Shown here piece after piece: positions 10,621 through 20,470 of a stretch of 64,000 bases of DNA; position 1 is the first letter of the stretch; the number at the start of each line of letters is the position of its first letter. Position numbers and translations under genes: made by a program. Source of the stretch: an uncultured Rivularia sp. (GTDB taxonomy: Bacteria > Cyanobacteriota > Cyanobacteriia > Cyanobacteriales > Nostocaceae); contig OY762007.1 of assembly GCA_963665115.1 (NCBI GenBank), positions 3,744,001 through 3,808,000 on the forward strand. Direction: 5' to 3'. Below the pieces are notes generated by a model, which was given only the letters and a program-made list of their open reading frames with translations, searched no databases and was not told the DNA's origin.

Positions 10621-11847
10621 TTATTGAAACACGATTGATTCAGAGGTAATTTGACTGGAACTCACGTCCGAAATCAGTAATGTTTGTTCGTTGAACAAAG
10701 AATCGAGTTTGAAAACAATACCGTCATTTGTATCAATAATATTACCTTGCTGCAACCATTGCTCGGTATCTATATTGCCCCATCCTTTAAAGACAATTTG
10801 ATCTTCACCCACCTCAAAATCTTGAATAATATCAAAGTCATTTCTTAAGAATGTATCTTTACGGTGGAAAATAAATTTGTCATTACCCTCACCACCAACT
10901 AAAGTATCATCTCCTCTACCACCAATTATCCGATCGTTACCCCAGCCGCCATTGAGCTTATCTTTGCCCTTACCTCCAAATAGTTTATCTTTACCTTGTC
11001 CACCTTCTAAAATATCGTCACCTTTTAATCCATACAGTTTGTCGTTCCCCAAGCTGCCATAAATTTTGTCTGCACTCCTCGTTCCAATTAATCGATCTCG
11101 ACCAATGGTGCCATAAATAACATCTGTACCCAAATTACCAATTAAGCTATCTCCAGCAACTTTAACGGCACTAGTATTAATTTCTACTACTGTTATATTT
11201 GTATTCCTAGAAAAAGTCTTTTGATAGCTGCCAACGGTGTTACTATAAATTTCATCTGAACCATTATTTCCATCAAGATCGGAAATTTGTTCTCCATTGA
11301 GAATAGCAACATTGCAACTACTACCAACTTTAATATTAGCTATTTGTTCGGAGGAAATTAGTTTACCTTTAGTGCCAAAATAATCTAACACTTTGAGACA
11401 ATCTGGATTTGTGGTGTCTAACACCAGAAAAGCACTTTTAGAATTAACTTGGTTATATTCGGTATTAGGATTTTCAATTTCTTTAGCTGTTAAAGCCAAA
11501 TTGACCGAAAAATCAAAAGAAAAAGTTTGATTAGCTTCAATTGCAAAATTAGCAACTACCTGACTTTTACTTTTAGAAGTTCCTGTATAAGTTCCATCAC
11601 CATTCGCATTACTATCAGCGAACAGAAAAGAAAAATTAGCATCTTCAAGGAAAATTGCTTGAGCTTCGGCAATCGCAAAACCTACTCCACCCGTGACTAA
11701 TGTTTCCGTTTGGGAATCAGTCAAAGTTTCTGAAGGGCTGTGACTATAGTTGAAGACATTAGCATCCGCTGTAGCCGTAGCAAAATTCTGGTTAGGATTA
11801 GTTATTGGATCTATTATTGGTTGCAAAAAAATAGTTTCGGGGTGCAT
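10621..11847 (-). CDS. RTX/hemolysin-type Ca-binding protein whose N-terminal domain resembles the PEP-CTERM protein at 179..1027
   Basis: GGxGxDxLx nonamers at the C-terminus, then DIIQDFEVGEDQI. No signal peptide, so a probable type I secretion substrate. Confidence 0.8.
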   Translation of the reverse strand: MHPETIFLQPIIDPITNPNQNFATATADANVFNYSHSPSETLTDSQTETLVTGGVGFAIAEAQAIFLEDANFSFLFADSNANGDGTYTGTSKSKSQVVANFAIEANQTFSFDFSVNLALTAKEIENPNTEYNQVNSKSAFLVLDTTNPDCLKVLDYFGTKGKLISSEQIANIKVGSSCNVAILNGEQISDLDGNNGSDEIYSNTVGSYQKTFSRNTNITVVEINTSAVKVAGDSLIGNLGTDVIYGTIGRDRLIGTRSADKIYGSLGNDKLYGLKGDDILEGGQGKDKLFGGKGKDKLNGGWGNDRIIGGRGDDTLVGGEGNDKFIFHRKDTFLRNDFDIIQDFEVGEDQIVFKGWGNIDTEQWLQQGNIIDTNDGIVFKLDSLFNEQTLLISDVSSSQITSESIVFQ

Positions 11848-12166
11848 AAAATTATCTGTTGATATTAATCGTTTAAAGATTTACGCATCAATAATCGAGT
11901 TTTTTCTCCAACCTTTAAAAAAGGTTTTGCATAAATCCTGTATTTGCTCGTACTTGGTGATTTAATCAAATACGGTAGAATTTTTGAAACGCTCTACACC
12001 CTGTAAAAATGCTGGATTTAAGAAAAGTGTCTTGTGGAATAATTTTTGTACGAGTACTGAAAAGCTGATATTTGTAATTTTGTAAAGACGTAGCAGTGCT
12101 ACGTCTCCCAACGCTCCACAGAAAATAAATCACTCAAAATTAATTTGCTGAAGTATTAAGTTCAAT

Positions 12167-15100
12167 CTAGACAAACCATTGTCTGGAACCATTATTCTGG
12201 ACTAATTGAAGACTAGACCCATTTTGGTCTTGTAAGCTAGCTCCTACGTCAGCAATTGTTGCATCGACTAAAACTGCCATCGTATCTCGTAAGAATGGTT
12301 GCTGCCCTGCAATACCAACCCCGTAAATAAATGTATTAGTTCCAGCTTGTTCGATTTCATATATAAACCCTTTTTGCAGTTGGATAATATCTCCAGCATT
12401 GAAATCTCCTGTATAACCACCAGTAGCTTTTTCTGTACCAATTATCGCAACATCGTTAAAGCTACTACCACTACCCCAATAGTAAGCTTCACCATTATCT
12501 CCCAGGACAAAGCGGTCATTACCGGCTCCACCAGTGAATATATCAACCTCTTGTATCCCTCGGACTGCCATACCACGTACAAAAGCAGTTCTGCTACCAG
12601 CCCCAACACCAACAAGCACATCATCCCCAGAACCACCAATCAAGAAGTCATTACCACCATTACCAACCAATCTATTATTAGAACTGTTCCCGATTATCCT
12701 GTCACCAAATATAGAACCATCTGCATTTTCAATATTACTTAGGGTGTCAGTACCACCCAAACCATCATTAGCAATTCCAGCGGCTAAGTCAACTACAACA
12801 CCTGCTGTACTCAAGGAATAACTAACCCGGTCAATTCCACTGCCTCCATCAATAGTGTCATTGCCAGCACCACCGTCAAGAATATCATCGCCAGCAGCAC
12901 CGTTAAGATTATCATTGCCAGCACTACCGATTAAAACGTTATTTGAATTATCCCCAATGAGGGTATCATCGAAAATCGAACCCAAAACTTGTTCAATGCT
13001 AATTAAAGTATCGGTACCGCCGATTCCATCGTTTGCCGTACCCGTACCAGCAACTAAGTCAACGGTAACTGCTGACAAACTAGAGGAATAATCTGCTCTA
13101 TCAAAACCATTGCCACCGCTAAGGGTATCGTCGCTGGCACCACCTGCGAGCGTATCATTACCATCACTGCCTTCTAAACTATCGTCCCCGGAGCCACCAC
13201 TTAGATAGTTATTTGCTGAATCACCAATCAGGGTATCGTTGTAATCGGAACCTTCTATTTCTTCAATGCTAACTAAAGTATCAGTACCGCCGAATCCATC
13301 ATTTGCCGTACCAGCTACCAAATCAACTACAACACCGGCATTATTAGTACCAACTGGGCTACTTGAATAGTCTACTCGATCGCTACCCGTTCCCCCATCA
13401 AGGGTGTCATTTCCAGCACCACCTGTTAAAGTATCGTTACCATTTCCACCGTTGAGCAGGTTGGCACCCGTATTACCAGTCAAATTATCATTGAAATTAG
13501 AACCAACAACATTTTCAATATTGGTAATGAAATCTGTATCGTCAAATCCATCTTCGCTAGCAGTACCAGCAGCTAGATTGACGGTAACATCTGCAATACT
13601 GGTGGAATAATCAAGGGTATCATTTCCAGCACCACCATTGATAGTATCGTCACCCGCTCCACCAATGAAGATGTTATCGGCTGTATTTCCAGTAATATTG
13701 TCGTTAAAACGAGAACCAATTACCTCTTCAATATTACTTAAAGTATCAGTACCGCTAAGACCATCGTTAGCTATTCCTGTCGTCAAATTAACGTTAATTC
13801 CGGCTGCACTGGATGAATAATCTACTCGATCGCTACCGTCACCGCCGTCGATACTATCATCACCAGTTCCACCTACAAACAAATTATCGGCAGCATTACC
13901 AACTATAGTATCGTTACCTCTAGAACCAAATACTTCTTCAATGCTAATTAGCAGATCGGTACCAATTTGCTGACCTGTGGCATTCTCAGTTGCTAAGTTA
14001 ACGTCAACTGCTGAAGTATTAGCAGAATAATTAACGCGATCGCTTCCATCACCACCGACAATAGTATCGTCTCCAGCACCGCCAACAAAAGAGTTATCTT
14101 CTGCATTGCCAACCAAAGTGTCGTTAAAACTCGAACCAGTTACGTCTTCTATATTAATAAGTGAATCAACATTTCCGAAGCCATCAAGTGCGCCATTCTG
14201 AGCTAGATTCACCAACACCGCAGCCGTACTCGTGGAATAGTCTGCTCGGTCGGTTCCAGCACCACCGTCCATAGTATCGGCACCATCACCACCCAGAAAA
14301 GAGTTAACTCCTGCATTACCTATTAATAAGTCGTTAAAATTGGAACCAATAACTCCTTCTATATTTACTAGAGTATCGATTGCACCGAGACCATCTAAAG
14401 CACCACTATTAGGTAAATCTACAGTTACCGCACCAGTACTTGAGGAATAATCTGCTTGGTCAAAGCCAATACCTCCATTTAGGGTGTCACCACCTAAACC
14501 ACCCACCAAAATATCATTTCCCGCTCCCCCGTCAAGACTATCATTTCCCCCATTACCTTCAAGGAGATTATTTCCAGTATTTCCGGTTAGAGTATCGTCA
14601 AAAGTAGAACCTCTAACGTTTTCAATCTCGACTATAGTATCTGTAGTTCCGAATCCATCGCTAGCCGTACCTGCTGCCATATCGACATTAACCCCGGCCG
14701 TACTCGAAGCATAACTAATAAGGTCAGTTCCCGTGTTGCCTCTGAGAGTATCATCACCAGCCCCCCCAACAAGAGTATCATCGCCAAGATTACCGTCTAA
14801 GGAATCGTTTCCAGCACCACCAACTAAAGTATCATCATCCCCACCACCATCGAGCCTATCGTTACCGTCGTCGCCAAATAACAGGTCATTGCGCCCGTTA
14901 CCTAAAATAGTATCGTCTCCATCACCACCAAGGAGGGTATCTACGCCACCACCAGTAAAACTGCTGCCGCTAGCACCTTGGATAAAATCATCGCCGTCGC
15001 CACCTTCTACAAAGTTATTACCGCTAGTTGCAAAGATAACGTCATCTCCCGCTCCAGCAGAGATAGTATCATTACCTTGTCCTCCAAAAATAATGTCGTT

Positions 15101-15400
15101 ACCATCCCCACCATCGAGGCTATCGTCACCTCCACCACCATCTAAGTAATCGTTTCCAAGCCCTCCTACTAACGTATCACTCCCACTATCGATACCTCCA
15201 TATAAACGGTCGTTACCATCCCCACCATCTACTAAATCATTACCTCGATCGCCTCGAATAAAATCATCTCCACCCAATCCATACAGGCTATCATTGCCAC
15301 TACCCCCAAAAATTTGGTCGGCAAATTGCGTACTTCTGCGTCGTATTGGGGAAGAACCATCAACTAAATCATTCCCTCTAGTTCCTCGAATGAAAGCCAT
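12167..15400 (-). CDS. Large RTX Ca-binding repeat protein (type I secreted surface protein/adhesin)
   Basis: Many GGxGxD nonamers plus about 10 repeats of a ~72-aa unit (DYSSS..GV.VDL..G.A.DG.G..DTL..IE.V.GS.F.D.L.G). Confidence 0.88.
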   Translation of the reverse strand: MAFIRGTRGNDLVDGSSPIRRRSTQFADQIFGGSGNDSLYGLGGDDFIRGDRGNDLVDGGDGNDRLYGGIDSGSDTLVGGLGNDYLDGGGGDDSLDGGDGNDIIFGGQGNDTISAGAGDDVIFATSGNNFVEGGDGDDFIQGASGSSFTGGGVDTLLGGDGDDTILGNGRNDLLFGDDGNDRLDGGGDDDTLVGGAGNDSLDGNLGDDTLVGGAGDDTLRGNTGTDLISYASSTAGVNVDMAAGTASDGFGTTDTIVEIENVRGSTFDDTLTGNTGNNLLEGNGGNDSLDGGAGNDILVGGLGGDTLNGGIGFDQADYSSSTGAVTVDLPNSGALDGLGAIDTLVNIEGVIGSNFNDLLIGNAGVNSFLGGDGADTMDGGAGTDRADYSTSTAAVLVNLAQNGALDGFGNVDSLINIEDVTGSSFNDTLVGNAEDNSFVGGAGDDTIVGGDGSDRVNYSANTSAVDVNLATENATGQQIGTDLLISIEEVFGSRGNDTIVGNAADNLFVGGTGDDSIDGGDGSDRVDYSSSAAGINVNLTTGIANDGLSGTDTLSNIEEVIGSRFNDNITGNTADNIFIGGAGDDTINGGAGNDTLDYSTSIADVTVNLAAGTASEDGFDDTDFITNIENVVGSNFNDNLTGNTGANLLNGGNGNDTLTGGAGNDTLDGGTGSDRVDYSSSPVGTNNAGVVVDLVAGTANDGFGGTDTLVSIEEIEGSDYNDTLIGDSANNYLSGGSGDDSLEGSDGNDTLAGGASDDTLSGGNGFDRADYSSSLSAVTVDLVAGTGTANDGIGGTDTLISIEQVLGSIFDDTLIGDNSNNVLIGSAGNDNLNGAAGDDILDGGAGNDTIDGGSGIDRVSYSLSTAGVVVDLAAGIANDGLGGTDTLSNIENADGSIFGDRIIGNSSNNRLVGNGGNDFLIGGSGDDVLVGVGAGSRTAFVRGMAVRGIQEVDIFTGGAGNDRFVLGDNGEAYYWGSGSSFNDVAIIGTEKATGGYTGDFNAGDIIQLQKGFIYEIEQAGTNTFIYGVGIAGQQPFLRDTMAVLVDATIADVGASLQDQNGSSLQLVQNNGSRQWFV

Positions 15401-15661
15401 AAATATTTATCTCCTAAGTATTAAGTTTTTGACTAATTAAATGTACGAACTTCTAAAAAAAGATTTTCTTATTGCGACTTAACGAAACTTTCTCAAAGTT
15501 TTGAAATGTTACGCAATTGATAATGTAGATTGATTGCGTCTAACTACCGATCGAAAGAACTTACTAATTTGGTATTGGTCAAATTGTATTACGTATTAAC
15601 CCTGGATTTGATAAACTTGTTGTAAGAAATTTGTTATAAATTGATGTTGATATCAATATAA

Positions 15662-15693
15662 AACCTCACTTCCTTCTTTAAAGGGGTGAGGTT
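15662..15693 (-). terminator. Hairpin downstream of the GT41 gene
   Basis: Inverted repeat AACCTCAC...GTGAGGTT, 67 bp past the stop codon. Confidence 0.45.
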
Positions 15694-15759
15694 GCGAAAA
15701 TTCAGTAAGTTGTAGAAGCTGAGATTCAGCCTGAACTAACCCAGGATAACTCCCGACTA

Positions 15760-18700
15760 TCAAGCTTCTTTTTTTGTACGCTTAAGTTTTAAAGCTTTAT
15801 CATAAGCTGCCATAGCTTCACCCATCTGCCTTTGTGATTGCAGTACCATTCCTAAGTTGTGGTAAGCTTCTTCAAAATCTGGGTTTAAATGAATTGCCTT
15901 TTGATAGTAAACAGTAGCGGTTTTAGAGTCACCAACTTGTTTTCTGGCATTACCTAATTGAAAATTCAATTGAGCGTAGTAAACTTGTTTTTCGAGAGTA
16001 AGTTTACCTTGAGTATGAAGGATGTTACCTAAATTTACATCCGCTTCTCGGCAGTTGGGCTGAAACTGCAAAGCTTTTTGATAAGATGCGATCGCCTCTT
16101 TCCATTTACCTTGTTCTTCTAAGGTGTAGCCCAAATTATTGTAAATAGTGCCTGCATCCGGCCTCAGAGTAATAGCTTTTTGATAAGCTGATTCTGCTTG
16201 TGCCATTTTTCCTTGGGAGCAGCGCAGATTACCTAAAGCAAACCAAGTTTTTACGGATTTCGGTTGAAATTGCGAAGCTTGAGTCAAAAACTTTTCTGCT
16301 TCCTCAAATTTTCTTTGCTGCTGAGCAATTATTCCCAATCCATACAGCGCTTCTGAATGCTGTGGCTGTTTTTCTATAACCTGATGATATAGCTGTTCGG
16401 CTTCCTTTAAACGACGATTTTGATGATGTTGAGCCGCAAACAGGAATATTTCAGCAGTTTCTTGGGTGTCAAATCGTCTTGATTTATTAATCACTTTTAA
16501 TAGAAAATCTTCGAGCGCCCTGACTGGTTTTAAATCGTCATATAATTTATATTTGTTCTCGGCAACTTGCTCGGACATATATTGCCTATACTGAAAATCT
16601 TTCCCCAAACGGACAGCAATTTGCACGTATTCTTCTTTATTAGAAGCTATCGTCTCTTCAATACCCATCATCTTTAAGATTGCCATACTATGCCGCCCCC
16701 GCATTAAATCGCCAGGTAAAGTGACAATAGGTACGTTACGAGCAACAGATTCTAAAGTTGAATTGCAACCCGACCAACCAATACTATCAAGAAAAACATC
16801 GGCGATCGCGCTGACACCAGCAAACATAGTTGGTCGCATTCGCGGTAAAAATAGGCAATAATCTTGGAAATTAAGCCCTAATTGCTCAAAGGCACGATCT
16901 AAACGCTGACGGAAGACTTCGATTACATCTTCACTTTCATGTTTAATAAATACAAATTTAGCATTGCTTAGCCCTTTAGCAATCAACGGGAAAACATCAT
17001 CATGACTGGGCAAATATTTATATAATGATTGACAGCACCAGAAAAGAATTTCATCTTCTTTTAAACCAATCTCTGTTTTGTTTAGTGTTTGCGGTTCAAT
17101 TGCTAAAGGTGTGTAATGAATCGAGAGATTTGGCAACCGCACTAATTTTTCTGTATAGTTTTCTTGAGCATTTTCCGATTCCATTAAATCGCTACTTAAG
17201 TAATAATCAATTGTCGGAAGTCCACTAGTTTCAGGATGACCCCAAGATGTCATTTGAATTGGCGCTAATCTCAAACATCCCAAATTAACTGTAGTTGGGT
17301 CCATGCCAAATTCTGGAAAAATCAGAATATGTAATTTATCTTCAGCTATTGTTTGACACCACCGTTCAATTGAGCGATTACCTTGAACAAATTTATCGAA
17401 GACATTTGCAGCACTTACTGTGTGTTCGTCTTTTTTAGAATTCGTATAATAGCCGAATAACTCAAATTCACTTTTATCTAGATTTTCTACCCAACCTTTG
17501 ATAGGTATTTTCCAATTAGAATGACCGTAAAAAAACCTAGAAACAATACCAACACGAATTTTTTGGTTTTGCTCTAAATTAGGTAGAGGAAGAGATTTGC
17601 TATATTGCGGATAGCGACTCGACATAATTTTGCAAATCATTTTTCCATAGGTTCGCTGCAAATCTCGGTCATTTAAGCCTTGATATGTTAAATAAAAAGG
17701 TTGTAATGCTCCCACCGCTTCAACTGATTTTGCTCGTTCTTGCTTACTAGCTAATTGAAAGGTTTGAGCTAATTTTTGTAAATGACTTTTATATTGATTG
17801 CGTCGAGACTCAATTTGATCAACCGTAGAATATATAATTGGCAATTGGCTAATACATATTCCCAATTTTGCTGGAGCAAACTTTGGTGATACTTCGAGGG
17901 CTTTTTTAAATGCCCCTATAGCTGCTTCTAATTTATTCTGCTCTTTATACAAAAGTCCTAAATTATAATGAATGCCATCAATATTCGGGTCAATTTTTAT
18001 CGCTTTTTTGAATGATTCTATAGCAGCATCAAATTGATTTAGTTTTTTGAGAAGATTACCTAAATTATTATAACTAGGTACTAAATCGGGTTGGATTTCT
18101 AAAGCTTTTTTGTAATAGACTACTGCTTCTCTATACTTACCTTTTTGCTGTAAAATATTTCCTAATTCGTCATAGCCATTTGCATGGTTGGGTTCAATTT
18201 TTATCGCTTGCTGGTAAGACTTGAAAGCAATATCCAACTTTCCCTGTTTTTGCAGCACATCTCCTAATTTATGATGAGCTTTTACTAAATCGGGTTGTAA
18301 TGCAATAGCCTGCTGATAATACAATTCTGCTGTCTTAAAATCTTCTGCTTTTTGTCTGCCTAAACCAAACTGTAGATTTAAATTTGCGTAATAATTTCCT
18401 TGTTCAGGTGAAAGCTTGTCTTGCAGGTGCAGAGCATTTCCCAGATTCGCTTTCAATTCCACGCTGTTAGGCTGAATTTCCAATGCTTTGTTATAGCAAG
18501 CTACAGCCTTCTCTAGCTTACCCTGCTGTTGCAAAGTCCCACCCAAACAGTTATGTACTGCCACCGCTTCTGGTTGCAAAGCTAAAGCTTGTTGATAATA
18601 CTCTACTGCTTCGTTTAATTTTCCTTGAGCTTGACGCAAATTACCCAACCTGAATAGCGCTTGTGCAAACTCGGGCTGGTATTCTAAAGCTGTTTTCAGC

Positions 18701-18879
18701 AAATTTTCTGCATCTCTATCCTTACCTTTTTCTAAAGCAAGTACACCTAAACCATATAGTGCTTCTGCTTGTTGAGGATTGCTCTCTAGAATTTTACGGT
18801 AAACCCCTTCGGCTTCTGTAAACCGTTTATTTTGATAATGTTTATCGGCTGTTTGAAGAGTTTTTGCTAAGTTTTTCAT
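15760..18879 (-). CDS. O-GlcNAc transferase-like GT41 (SPINDLY family) with N- and C-terminal TPR arrays
   Basis: KIRVGIVS, LRLAPIQMTSWGHPETSGLPTIDYYLSSD, QSLYKY, ADVFLDS..WSGCNSTLE, PIVTLPG..MRGRH, with TPRs on both sides. Confidence 0.9.
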   Translation of the reverse strand: MKNLAKTLQTADKHYQNKRFTEAEGVYRKILESNPQQAEALYGLGVLALEKGKDRDAENLLKTALEYQPEFAQALFRLGNLRQAQGKLNEAVEYYQQALALQPEAVAVHNCLGGTLQQQGKLEKAVACYNKALEIQPNSVELKANLGNALHLQDKLSPEQGNYYANLNLQFGLGRQKAEDFKTAELYYQQAIALQPDLVKAHHKLGDVLQKQGKLDIAFKSYQQAIKIEPNHANGYDELGNILQQKGKYREAVVYYKKALEIQPDLVPSYNNLGNLLKKLNQFDAAIESFKKAIKIDPNIDGIHYNLGLLYKEQNKLEAAIGAFKKALEVSPKFAPAKLGICISQLPIIYSTVDQIESRRNQYKSHLQKLAQTFQLASKQERAKSVEAVGALQPFYLTYQGLNDRDLQRTYGKMICKIMSSRYPQYSKSLPLPNLEQNQKIRVGIVSRFFYGHSNWKIPIKGWVENLDKSEFELFGYYTNSKKDEHTVSAANVFDKFVQGNRSIERWCQTIAEDKLHILIFPEFGMDPTTVNLGCLRLAPIQMTSWGHPETSGLPTIDYYLSSDLMESENAQENYTEKLVRLPNLSIHYTPLAIEPQTLNKTEIGLKEDEILFWCCQSLYKYLPSHDDVFPLIAKGLSNAKFVFIKHESEDVIEVFRQRLDRAFEQLGLNFQDYCLFLPRMRPTMFAGVSAIADVFLDSIGWSGCNSTLESVARNVPIVTLPGDLMRGRHSMAILKMMGIEETIASNKEEYVQIAVRLGKDFQYRQYMSEQVAENKYKLYDDLKPVRALEDFLLKVINKSRRFDTQETAEIFLFAAQHHQNRRLKEAEQLYHQVIEKQPQHSEALYGLGIIAQQQRKFEEAEKFLTQASQFQPKSVKTWFALGNLRCSQGKMAQAESAYQKAITLRPDAGTIYNNLGYTLEEQGKWKEAIASYQKALQFQPNCREADVNLGNILHTQGKLTLEKQVYYAQLNFQLGNARKQVGDSKTATVYYQKAIHLNPDFEEAYHNLGMVLQSQRQMGEAMAAYDKALKLKRTKKEA

Positions 18880-19239
18880 AATTTATACAACTTCTAATAG
18901 TGAGTTTAAAGTTTTTAATATCTGGGATACTTTTAAAATTTTCAAAAATAAAGCTTTTGTAAGTAAGACTATCAATATAACTATGTAACATTCGGGTAGA
19001 CAGGCTTCTCTTCGAGAAGTCGCTTGCTTGCACGTCTACAAAGTCTTATCCCTACTGCCTATTCCCCACAACAAAGATGCCTTGTCATAATTACAATTTT
19101 CAATATCGAGCTACTTAGGATATAATAAAAGAATCCGAAAGCCCAATGACCAGTTGAGCCTTCGGCTATAAAAAATGTACTTGGTTTAAAAGCCAACCCG
19201 ACTCGCAGCCCTCCACGGTAACTGCGAGTTTTGTTTTGA

Positions 19240-19530
19240 TTAATAGGTTACAGAAATTGCTAAAGAGTTGGAGTGTGATTGCTTCCAATCGGTGTAAGTT
19301 AACGAGAAGGTTTCGGTTAAAGTATTGTTACCGAATGCGTTTGCACTCGATTCAGCAGTAGCCAAGTTACCTTTTACATAAACAACGGAGTTAACATCTT
19401 TGTCGATCTCAACAGTTTCATAGATGTCAATATTTACTTCAATATCTTTGCTGATATCGAAATCGAAGTCACCACCAACAACAGCATTTCCTTCAACAGC
19501 TTCTAAGTAGTTTAAGTCGGAAATAATCAT
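19240..19530 (-). CDS. Double-glycine-leader secreted peptide precursor, copy 4 (last transcribed)
   Basis: Leader MIISDLNYLEAVEGNAVVGG, GGAG RBS, linked to a C39 exporter, 76-aa core. Confidence 0.85.
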   Translation of the reverse strand: MIISDLNYLEAVEGNAVVGGDFDFDISKDIEVNIDIYETVEIDKDVNSVVYVKGNLATAESSANAFGNNTLTETFSLTYTDWKQSHSNSLAISVTY

Positions 19531-19621
19531 TTTCGTTCTCCAGTAAATTAATTAAATGTACTCGTTTAATACCAACCCAACTCGCATCCCTCCAAGGTAA
19601 CTGCGAGATTGACTCTGACAA

Positions 19622-19912
19622 TTAGTAGGTTGCAGAGATTGCTAAGGAGTTGGAGTGTGATTGCTTCCAATCGGTGTAAGTTAGTGAGAAGGTTTCGGTT
19701 AAAGTGTTGTTTCCGAATGCGTTTGCACTCGATTCAGCAGTAGCCAAGTTACCTTTTACATAAACAACGGAGTTAACATCTTTGTCGATCTCAACAGTTT
19801 CATAGATGTCAATATTTACTTCAATATCTTTGCTGATATCGAAATCGAAGTCACCACCAACAACAGCATTTCCTTCAACAGCTTCCAAGTAGTTTAAGTC
19901 GGAAATAATCAT
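19622..19912 (-). CDS. Double-glycine-leader secreted peptide precursor, copy 3
   Basis: Differs from copy 4 by one residue (C-terminal ATY vs VTY). Confidence 0.85.
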   Translation of the reverse strand: MIISDLNYLEAVEGNAVVGGDFDFDISKDIEVNIDIYETVEIDKDVNSVVYVKGNLATAESSANAFGNNTLTETFSLTYTDWKQSHSNSLAISATY

Positions 19913-20088
19913 TTTTGTTCTCCAGTAAATTAATTAAATGTACTTGCTTTAACTCCTGCTCTATCTTTTCTCTGACTAAAGGAATTGACTATAGTAAGTT
20001 TCTAATAGAGCAAGGTGTTAAAAATTTGGCATTACAAACCAATCCAACTCGCATCCCTCCACGGTAACGGCGAGATTGACTCTGACAA

Positions 20089-20379
20089 TTAGTAGGTTGC
20101 AGAGATTGCTAAGGAGTTGGAGTGTGACTGATATTTGTCGGTATAGGTTAACGAGAAGGTTTCGGTCAATGTGTTATAACCGAATGCGTTTGCGCTCGAT
20201 TCAGCAGTAGCCAAGTTGCCTTCTACATAAACAACAGAGTTAACATCTTTGTCGATATCGACGTTTTCATAGATGTCAACATTTACTTCAATATCTTTGC
20301 TGATATCGAAATCAAAGTCACCACCAACAACAGCATTTCCTTCAACAGCTTCCAAGTAGTTCAAATCGGAAATAATCAT
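20089..20379 (-). CDS. Double-glycine-leader secreted peptide precursor, copy 2
   Basis: Same leader; core variant VDIYENVDID...VEGN...FGYN...DKYQ. Confidence 0.85.
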   Translation of the reverse strand: MIISDLNYLEAVEGNAVVGGDFDFDISKDIEVNVDIYENVDIDKDVNSVVYVEGNLATAESSANAFGYNTLTETFSLTYTDKYQSHSNSLAISATY

Positions 20380-20470
20380 TTTTGTTCTCCAGTGAATTAA
20401 TTAAATGTACTCGTTTAATACCAACCCAACTCGCATCCCTCCACGGTAACTGCGAGATTGACTCTGACAA

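Larger units (their letters stand above)
19201..20457 (-). repeat. Four copies of a conserved hairpin (CTCGCA-loop-TGCGAG), one just 3' of each precursor gene
   Basis: Copies at ~19201-19229, 19580-19608, 20047-20075 and 20429-20457. The loop (t/g)ccctcca(c/a)ggtaac is conserved. Confidence 0.8.

Noticed and set aside
12299..15149. Plus-strand Pro/Ser-rich ORFs (e.g. 14733..15149, 12855..13091, 10877..11062)
   Set aside because: They are antisense shadows of Gly/Asp RTX codons.
19201..20457. Regularly spaced ~30-bp palindromic repeats as a CRISPR array
   Set aside because: The spacers are 350-440 bp, near-identical and protein-coding, and no cas genes are present.
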